Of a DNA stretch of 64,000 nt, positions 54,937 to 64,000 are shown in pieces; the stretch's first letter is position 1; each line of letters opens with the position of its first letter. Source of the DNA: Trichosphaerium sp. ATCC 40318. Its lineage: Eukaryota; Protista; Tubulinea. The notes beneath the pieces were generated by a model. That model was not told where the DNA came from. It worked only from the letters and a program-made list of their open reading frames with translations, and searched no databases. The stretch covers positions 1 through 64,000 of the forward strand of contig JALMLS010000303.1 of NCBI GenBank assembly GCA_038496445.1. The letters run 5' to 3'. The position numbers and the translations under genes were made by a program.

Positions 54937-55704
54937 TCAAGAAATAGTGCACCCTTGTTTTTCTTGTTCTATCCCTTTGATATAAGTGCTAAATTTAAGC
55001 AATTGACCTCGTGAATTCCACTTCTTGTACTCTCCATCAATTATACCATTCACTACATTAAACTGTTGATTTAATTGGCCGTTTTCAAACCAGTGGTTGA
55101 TCTGACCTTCTCCTTTACCCTTAATATATCTGCCTGCCTGAAATAGCTGACCATGTACATACCAAATCTTGTACTCTCCATCTCGTAAACCATTTACATA
55201 GTGATATTGCCTCCGCAATTGCCCATTTTCATACCAATGCATTTCCTCTTTGTCTAGCTTACCACGTGTATAATAACCTTTCTTACATAATTGTCCAGAG
55301 TAATACCAAACCTTAAACTCTCCCTCTCTTCTCCCGTTGATGTAATGCAACTGCTTGTTTAATTGAGCGTTGCTATACCAGTACTCACACTCACCTTCTC
55401 GTTCTCCATTTAGACAGCTATACTTTTCGCACATCTGTCCATTGTCATACCAACCCACGTGCTCGGATAGATAACCATTTTTCCAGTAATCTTGCACTGT
55501 AATTGCTGGTTTTGAGCGATTACATTCTTGTTTAATCCATTTGCCATGTTTCCGTAACTTAGAGTCAAACCTCGTAGTTGTTGCCGCTTGTAGAGATAAA
55601 AGAGGGTATTTTAAGTAAACTTCAAAGTCCAGCTCTATCATAATATACTGCAGCTCTAATGGGAGCTGTAATATAAGACAACTACCAAATTTTGAAGTAT
55701 TCAT
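54937..55704 (-). CDS. Intronless F-box-like + MORN-variant repeat protein
   Basis: MNTSKFGSCLILQLPLELQYIMI, then about 7 GExxxWYxNGQL repeats; paralog of 28722. Confidence 0.82.
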   Translation of the reverse strand: MNTSKFGSCLILQLPLELQYIMIELDFEVYLKYPLLSLQAATTTRFDSKLRKHGKWIKQECNRSKPAITVQDYWKNGYLSEHVGWYDNGQMCEKYSCLNGEREGECEYWYSNAQLNKQLHYINGRREGEFKVWYYSGQLCKKGYYTRGKLDKEEMHWYENGQLRRQYHYVNGLRDGEYKIWYVHGQLFQAGRYIKGKGEGQINHWFENGQLNQQFNVVNGIIDGEYKKWNSRGQLLKFSTYIKGIEQEKQGCTIS

Positions 55705-55922
55705 CTTGTCTTGTGTAGTGAACTGAACAGACGTTAAGGTTGTTAAGACAATGTCGCTGTAGAGGTTCGTTGGTTGTTGATATTTAGGTTTTACGGTGAT
55801 CACGTGTTTCTCTAAAGTTTTAGAAAGAAAAAACCGAGTTTGACTCTTAGATTAAGTTGTAGCTATTTATTCTTCTCAAAGGTTACGCTTGAAAGAACAC
55901 GCTGCGGCAACATCAGCAAAGC

Positions 55923-58705
55923 ATGTCTAAAGTAACGAAACCAACGAAAGAACAGTTGAAAGAGTACTGCAAGACTTTTGGTTTAGATTTTGATGACAGC
56001 GACCTTGATCTTGTACAAACCATGGTGACAGGTGCGTTTGATGGGTATATTTGAGCTTAAAATCGGTTTACACCAAGTTCAGATAGATTAAAGCTCTACG
56101 ATGACCTCGCATCACTACCAGACTACCAACCACGCGTATACACACGAAAACGTTCAAGTGTCAAATAAAAATCATAAATAGGTTGAATACGCCCGTAAGG
56201 GATGTTGGGAACCAGAAGATAACGAATTCAACGCCTGGTATGTCAAATGTGACATCAAAGGAGAAAAGGTAACGAAACTTTTCTTTTTGCCATCCAAGTG
56301 GTCCAAAGTTTGCCTTGTTACTACTCCTCGTGCTAATATTTTACTCAGGAGGGTCCTCTCGCTGGTAAAACAGTTGCTATCAAAGGTGAGTCACATGACA
56401 AACACGTGATATTTTAAACTGTGAACGTGTTTAACGGTGTGAATGATCTATTTTTGCTGTTAGTTCCCCGTTTTTTTAATGCAATGTAGACAATGTTTGC
56501 GTTGCTGGTGTCAAAATGATGAATGGTTCGCATACTCTTGAAGGTAGTTTTTACTGTTACAAAAACATGTTGTAACTGACATTATAGGTTATGTACCAGA
56601 CGTTGACGCGACAATTATTACTCGTATTTTGAGAGCTGGTGGTACAATCGCTGGGTTCGTTTTTTTTTGTTCTGAGAAATAAGAAAAAACCTAACTTTAC
56701 TTACTTAGTAAAGCTCACTGTGAAGATTTATGCTGTTCTGGTGGTATGTATATTACTATTCAATTATTACATTACATACATTGTCTTATATTTTTACCAC
56801 AGGCAGCAGCTCGAACTTCAAATGTACGATTAAAGCACACATGTTTTAAGATTTAAGCAGAAGGTCATGGCGTGTAGGTATGACATTAAACCCGAACAAT
56901 AAGAAGTATAGCGCTGGTGGTTCAAGCTCTGGTTCAGGAGCGATTGTAGCTAGTAACCAAGCGGACCTAGCAATAGGTGGTGACCAAGGTTCGTTTTTCA
57001 TTGAAGCATGAAGCTTGAATCATTCTCTTTTGTTTTATTGCATTTAGGTGGATCGATAAGAATTCCTTCTGCCTTGTGTGGCATCGTTGGTCTGAAACCA
57101 ACTCATGGACTTGTGCCTTACACAGGTGTATTTACTATTGAGTACACGGTGCGCTATTTATCCAACATTCAAAAGAAAGCGCATGGTTGTTTTCTTACCT
57201 AAGTAAAATAGCTGGATCATGTTGGTCCCATGTCAAAGACAGTTCGTGAAAATGCTGAATTTCTAAGTGTTTTGGCTGGTTCTGATACTTACGATGCCAG
57301 GTACTATAGCTAGTTTAAAGAATTGTTTTTATTTGTTGTTAATCATACCAACTTGTTTTGTAGACAAAACTTTCCACCTGGCATGTCTTTTAACTATCTG
57401 GATGACCTGGACAAAGGTATGCACGTGATGATGTTTATATCATAGCCTAACGAGATGGTTCATTTAACACCTTTTAAAGGTGTTAAGGGCCTTAAGATTG
57501 GCCGTCTTGTTGAAGGTTTTAATATCGCTGATGATGCCGAATCTAAGATTGTGAATGATAAAGTTAATGCTGCCCTTGATGTCCTGAAATCATGTGGTGC
57601 TGAAATTATTGATATTTCTGTACCTTTTCATAAGCATGCGCTTGGAATATGGAACGCTATAATAACGTACACAAAGAAGCCTTTGAAAAGTCTTTGTTTT
57701 AGTTGCTTGTTTATTAGTTATCTCGTCCTTCGACTTGTTAAGCAAATATCTAATATATTCCTCTCTTTAGCGAAGGTATGGTTGAACAAATGGTGAAAGG
57801 AAATGCATGTGGTACTGGACATAAAGGATTAAACATTACGTCCCTTGTTCAAACCTACAGTGCTACAAAGAAGACAAGAGCAAATTCGGTATGGTTCAAA
57901 TTACAGGCTGATGTTCTTGCGAGCAACTAGTTTTTGTTTTCTCGCTTTTTTTACTTTTTGATTGTCTTCAAGTAAACTAATGTTCAACTTTGTGTAGCTA
58001 TCTGAAAGTTGTAAAATTGGTTGCCTTTCTGGAGAACATATACATCAACAACATCCGAACCATTTTTATGCAAAGGCTCAGAACCTGAATATACGTCTTA
58101 CATCAGAATACAATGCGGCTTTATCAAAAGTATCTGTTTTAGCAATGCCTACATTACCTTCTGGAGCACCTCTACTTCCAGTAGGCGACGAGCTTTCAGA
58201 TTTTAAAGTAATGTACAAAAAAACTGGTATCAATATTTGTAACACGTGCCCTTATGATGCAACAGGTACGACTACAACTTGCATTTTTTAGTAGTTTTTT
58301 TTTGAGGTTTATGCAAAATTGTCTTGTTAGCCATAAGACTCAAACGTCGTCTCGCCATTTTTATGTAACTATGATTACTTCTTTGTTCAAAAGATCCATC
58401 AAAAAAAGATAATAACACAACGTGGTTTCCACAAAAATGTTTGTAAAAAGGTGCTAAGATACTGGCTGTCTTCAAAAAGACAACATGTCATGAAAACCTG
58501 ATACAATTCCCAAAACTCATTTGTCTGTTATTCGTTTAATTTATTAATAGGTCACCCTGCGCTTACTGTACCGTGTGGAAGATTTGATGATAACAACATA
58601 CCAATAGGCATTCAATTTGTTGGTAAAAAATTTGATGAAGCAATGATATATCGTGTTGCAAATGCATATGAAAAAGCTGCACTTGAAAAAGCAGATAAAA
58701 AGTAA
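55923..58705 (+). CDS. Amidase-signature family amidase; multi-exon
   Basis: [64 protein letters not shown]. Confidence 0.93.
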
Positions 58706-58881
58706 AATAATGTAAAGGCTGTGTACCTGCCTAGACTATGTACTTTTATCGCACAGTTACCAACACAAATAAATCTATAAACAGCTTGATAGAGGATGAC
58801 TACATAAAACCTTCGTGCAATGGAGTTACAGATAAAGGTCGTATGTTTATTTTGAAGAACAACTTGAGGAAGTTTTATTAG

Positions 58882-59608
58882 TTAAGAACAAAAAGTAAGT
58901 TGGTTGGTAAATTCCTCAACTTCAAAGCATTCATTAATAGGCCAAACTTGTTGATAGGCTTTGTCGTTACACGTGTAGGTTTCATCTGAAAACGTGACCA
59001 TTATTGCCTGTTTTAAATATGATTATGAGGTTCATTAGCATGTATTATTATTCTGTATTACCTTATTTTGATCACATGCAAAGATATTACTCTGATCCCA
59101 ATTCGTGCACTTGCCGGTTGGAAAATATTCATATTGAGTCTCTGTTAAACATGTTGTATCGTTGTACAACTGTAGCTTTATCTGTTTTCCACTAGCAGGG
59201 AGAGGTGTGTAGTCTTACAGAAAGGGTAAGCAACCAAACTACTATGAAAGTATACTTGGACCATGTACATTTCTTACCTTCAGCTGTTGTAAACTTCATC
59301 CATATACCAAATTGCTCAACACATGTATCAATCGAATAAGTAAAGTTTTGAAAGTAGAGACAGTCACCAGTTTCATCGTATCTTTCAAAAATCGTATCCT
59401 ACAAACTGATTAAAATAATGAAAAGAACATTACTTACACCTTCAACTGTGAATATCACGCCAAAAGAACAAGTACCAGTTTGCATCTCCATAAATGATGG
59501 ATTCGGTACTGTACATGAACTATCCTGGTAGCTTTGTTGTATGACTACTTCAGCCACAGTTGTGGCAAGGAATACAAAGAGTATTGTCGCAAGAGGGAGA
59601 AGTGGCAT
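58882..59608 (-). CDS. Small secreted Cys-rich protein, copy 2; 4 exons
   Basis: MPLLPLATILFVFLATTVA; same intron positions as 49224-49957. Confidence 0.8.
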
Positions 59609-60015
59609 TCTTCGTAGTTTTGATGTTTAGGAGAACACGTGTTTCTCTAAATTTTCAGCCAAGAATGCCCGAATTTGGTGATTGACTTGGTTAACTGTAC
59701 AACAACACTCAGCCTTTTATTAACAATACCTCGCTTATCCAAAAGTTATTTTCCCGAAACCCCGAATGATTCCTCATCGGCGAAATACCTTTCCGTGACA
59801 CGTTTTTGCTTTATTATTCCTAATTACCCACATATATGAGTATTTTATATAATTTTCCATACAGAGAGGATTAGGAAAAGGCAGAATACCAAGCTAACAT
59901 TCCACGGTTTTATCAATGTGATCCAATATCAACCTGGAAAATAATTCGGGTATTAAATACGAAACGGTGTTTCTACATATATGGCTAAAGTCTTTTAACG
60001 ATATTTGGTAGTGGT
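59595..60015 (-). repeat. Repeat shared (inverted) with 51765-52236
   Basis: Reverse-complement match; see 51765. Confidence 0.85.
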
Positions 60016-60222
60016 AATACCACTTTTACCTTGGAATACTGCTGACTGTGCTAAAATTTGAACAGCGACAAGATCAGACAAGTGATGCTTCAAGTAATAC
60101 AAGTGTGCTAGATACATTCGATACTTCAGTGTAATGAAATATCTCTTGTACGCTTTGTAAACTGAACGCTCATAAAGAGAACATTTAGCGTTTTTACAAA
60201 GTTAAAATTTACTGTTTCCCAG

Positions 60223-60375
60223 GTAACTGGTGCTACTTCTGGTATTGGAAAGTGGTAGCTATTGCCTGTGCTATAGAAGGTACTATCAACCTTTTATCAA
60301 CAATATTTATTCATGTGATATAGGGTGCTATGGTGTCAATGTGTGTCGAAGAAAAGAAAGCGAGATAGTATTGTA
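60223..60375 (+). pseudogene. Short-chain dehydrogenase N-terminal fragment
   Basis: VTGATSGIGK..AIACAIEG (TGxxxGxG) with a frameshift and no continuation. Confidence 0.55.
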
Positions 60376-60849
60376 AGTAGTTTAAGAACGGAGGGGAGGT
60401 ACAGCAATGCTCACAATTTGGGATGCGGTGCTAGTCGATAGGGATCGAAAGCTAGCGTTGGTCGTAGCTTTTCAACTCCATTTTCCCAGGCGTAAAATAC
60501 CTTTGGTGTTTTCCGCTGCGACAAATAAAATACATCTCTGATGCACCTATATTACTTGCAGCCTGTAACACAAATCAAATCAATAAATCAGTTGGATAGA
60601 CGCAAAGTTTTACACCTTTTTGATACTCCAACATGCCATGTAAGAGCCATAGCTTCCACGTATATCTCAATTCTGACTTACCAAGGGTTTGACTTTACAA
60701 ACCGCCAAAGGAAACATTTTCGCATCTGCAACTTGAGATGAAATACATTCATACCTCCGTATAGCAAACTAAAAAGGTCAGTACAGCTAAGTTGTGTAGA
60801 TAGGATATGTATTTGACGCCTTGCAATAGGTGGCATTTGAGAATTATAG

Positions 60850-62960
60850 CAAGTTGTTGAACAATAAAATCTCAACCCGAAAAAGCTAACTAAAGTCATT
60901 CGACTTTTCCGACTTGAAAAAATGGAAGACGAAAAGTTTGATCACGTGCGAGCCAAGCGCGAAAAAAAAAGATCAAATAGCTACTAAACCGCCAGAAAAA
61001 CTCTTCCTTTGGTACTGATGACTGCGTTTGATTGTTTGAAGGGTTTTTTAATATGTCATCGTTATACAACGTTATGTCAGCGAATACTGCAAAATCTATC
61101 ATAACAGAATAAACCAACAACTCCAGCACAATTTGAACAAAAAGAAGAAAAAAAAATCTCGAGATTTTTCGAGAGGTTGGTCACGGTGTAAAAAGGCTAT
61201 TTAATCATTTATAAACGTATCTTAATTAGACTAGATAAACGTGACCTCCGTATTTCTCCGTGTCAATCACAGAAGACTAAGAAGCAGTGAAAACCCAATT
61301 TTAGCACAAACTAAAACCCAACTGTCACCAAAAAGTATCCCGCTTTTTCTCGAGCTCAAAATACCCCGAGTGTCACCCACAAGACAGTCTCCCAGGTTTT
61401 TCCCAAAATCCCAATACCCCGCTTTTATCCGAGCCGGTGTTACTGTTCCTACCTAAGCTGGTAAACACGGTCAACGAGTCGTAATGACGATATTTGGTAG
61501 TGGTAAAACAAGAATTACTGCAAGTTGTATTCAACATTGGTCGTATATTTTGTTTTGTAATTAATGGTGCTACCACATAATTCAATATTGTATTTGAAAT
61601 AAAAAAAATAGCACACTTACACAACAGTTTATTTGTAACTAGCGCTCTTTTTCACATGCGCTTGGTTACCAAACTTTACATGTGTTTACAATGAGATTCT
61701 CCAATTAACACCCAACTACATAAATCACGTGATAAACTACGTGGTAGTCAAAACTCCTTGAATAGTCAAAAAAACTGATCATTTTGAGTGTACGTTTTAC
61801 TTCATCTGTTAATAGCAACAACTCATAAACAAGCTTTTTCTGTGGAATAGTTAGAATCACATTGTAAAGTGTAATGCAAAATTATTAACCATAAACGTCC
61901 AAACAACGTGATTCAAGCACCTTCTGCCAAATAAACCTTAGAACAACACAATGATGACCACTTGGCATGATGTTACAACAGCTCTTACAAGCGCCCAGCC
62001 TGTACGTATTTTAACTGATCACTTGTAAATCAGTTAACAGCAACCGAAGAACCCCACGTTCCCTGTACGTATGGCTGTATCTGCGCCAGTAATGTACAAT
62101 GAACCAACGTCATCATACAAGTATTTAAAAGGGCAATGGAGGCCACGTGAATGGAGAATCGGTTTTGATGGTCTACAATACGCCGCTAAGCGATATGAGG
62201 TTGCTGAAATGATGCGTACACGAAGCCCGTCACAAGTCAGAACTCATTACCAAAAAGTAAAATACAAAGGTACAAATAAACTATTTTAGCCTCTAACTGT
62301 TCCTCTTTTAATATTGCGTTTCTAGGAAAGGTAAACTGCTTCAAACTCGCTTCTGTCGGAATATTTAAACCTCAAGTGGTAGATGAGGTAACATACAACG
62401 TTCATAGCATCCTACCTATTAATTTGTGTTTTTGATAGCATGACAAAGCAATGATGTCGCTGGATCGAAATGGAATTCCTTTGCCTAAATGTCATGGTCC
62501 GTTTTCTACAAGAGAAACTTGGTTGGCCTTGAGAGCTATATTCCAGTGGGGACTACGACCTGTCAAAATAGCGTGGTGCATTGGTACAAGAAGAACAGGT
62601 GATGTAAGAGCAGTGTTGCCTTTATTGGAGGTACGTTTGAAACCAAATATACAATCACGTGATCAGTCTGTAAGACTACTTTTAGGCTTTGGCAAATGCT
62701 CATGGATTTAATAAATCAAGAAGGTCCTTGAGGCTGAAACGTAAGCGTGATGCTGTAGGTTATGAAGAAACAAGAACAGAATTACAGCAAGAACAATGCA
62801 TGCTCCCAACAAGTCATCCACAATTGAACCAAATATCTTGTGGTGAAACATTCTCTGTACAATTTCCGCAAGCAAATCCACCTCCTTCTTTGTTCCCACT
62901 TGTAAATCCAGTACCAGAGATTTCATGGCTGGTGTAACTGATCTCTAGTGTAATTATGTA
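60850..62960 (+). repeat. Inverted segmental duplication arm (partner 52540-54575)
   Basis: See partner arm. Confidence 0.85.
61951..62937 (+). CDS. Divergent Myb/SANT (SHAQKYF-like) protein, copy 2; multi-exon
   Basis: MMTTWHDVTTALTSAQP-QPKNPTFPVRMAVSAP...RTRSPSQVRTHYQK; near-identical to 52566-53555. Confidence 0.75.
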
Positions 62961-63286
62961 AATAATAAAGTTTGACTATCCTTGTTAAAGCGTGTTGCTT
63001 TAAATAACGTCCACGTGTTATTTGATACAACGCAATAGAGTGTACATTATTCTCGCCAAAATGGAATGGTGTTAATGTTTCAGCCATAAGAGTAAGACTA
63101 CAAAACCAGTAAACAATTTTTTCAACTTTGAAAAAATGGAATAAAAAGCTCAGTTATGAAAGTGTACACGAGTTTGGTGATTAAAAAGCGTTTTACCGTC
63201 CCCTTGTAATTTTGCTCAATTCCGAGTTTAATGAGCCGGCAGTGTCTGGGTATTGACAGCACGAATGATTTGAGTGATTTTGCTCA

Positions 63287-63378
63287 TATAAAATACTCAC
63301 ATACGCGGTAATTACGAATAATAAAGCAAAAACGTGTCACGGAAAGGTATTTCGCCGATGAGGAGTCATTTAGGGTTT
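63287..63378 (+). repeat. Third partial copy of the 51977-52070 repeat
   Basis: gaataataaagcaaaaacgtgtcacggaaaggtatttcgccgatgagga, direct match. Confidence 0.8.
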
Positions 63379-63784
63379 AATAACTTTTTTTTTAGATTTG
63401 GGTTAACTTGATTGTAACGTGCAACAGCATACGTTACTATTCTCTGATTACATTTAATCATGAGACTAATGATATCTCGATAAAATGTATTCTCTGAATT
63501 ATGTAATGACCTTTAATAAATACGCTATTATCCTACAACTAAGGCCACTTCTCTCTTACACGTATTCTCATCTTTCGTGTGCCCTTCAACGTTTCATTGA
63601 TACCAAAGTGGAGGCGCAGAAAAGAAATAAGGAAACCTGGCAAAACAACTTTGTAAGGAATTAAGGCAGACTATTCATTAAGCCGTTTTTAGAAAATAAA
63701 CTAACTTCTCGCAGTATACTTGTGCTCGCAACACTCGCACACTATTAGTACGATTATTTGACAAAAACTAACGGTGATCATACA

Positions 63785-64000
63785 ATGGAAAAGGAGAAAC
63801 AACAAACACAGTTCAACCAAGTATTCGACCTTGTTGCGCTACCAATTGAGTTAATAGTCCATATTCTCAAACAAGGGACGTATACACTTCGTACAGCCCA
63901 AACGTGCCATCTTTTACGAGATATTGTTCACAACCATGTTGGGTATGGCCGTATCCGTATTAAAAACACAAATGAAGTTCAGATGCTTTCTGGTAGTCCA
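63785..64000 (+). CDS. F-box-like + LRR protein, near-identical copy of 23391 (runs off the window)
   Basis: MEKEKQQTQFNQVFDLVALPIELIVHILKQG; nucleotide identity with 23367 onward starts at 63761. Confidence 0.88.
   Translation, partial: MEKEKQQTQFNQVFDLVALPIELIVHILKQGTYTLRTAQTCHLLRDIVHNHVGYGRIRIKNTNEVQMLSGSP

Noticed and set aside
60420-60490. GC-richer stretch that might be a tRNA or other ncRNA
   Set aside because: No cloverleaf and no convincing A/B boxes.

Overview
AT-rich, intron-dense eukaryotic genomic DNA, most likely an amoebozoan protist. The evidence is Dictyostelium-type Cys-rich repeats, a Sib/integrin-beta-like gene and GTACG/GTGCG-type donors; no departure from the standard code was seen. 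Most ORF-track entries are exon fragments or antisense shadows. From 3 to 48 kb lie spliced genes: Sib-like adhesin, Kelch protein, GMC oxidoreductase, TRAP1/HSP75, eIF4G-like protein, an unusual propeller-BTB-GLEBS-FG nucleoporin-like chimera, RasGEF, DAHP synthase, an EEP nuclease and an RTX-repeat protein. They are interleaved with a proliferating set of F-box-like + variable-repeat genes (LRR, MORN-variant, ankyrin; mostly intronless) and their decayed remnants. The 48-64 kb region is a mosaic of inverted segmental duplications carrying duplicated Myb-like genes, a small secreted Cys-rich family, a TTAA-flanked MITE and a micro-inversion. Two window-wide signals stand out: the palindrome CACGTG occurs about once per kb (66 counted by eye), and at least 7 introns appear to use GC donors. 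Gene boundaries were inferred by eye and are approximate.
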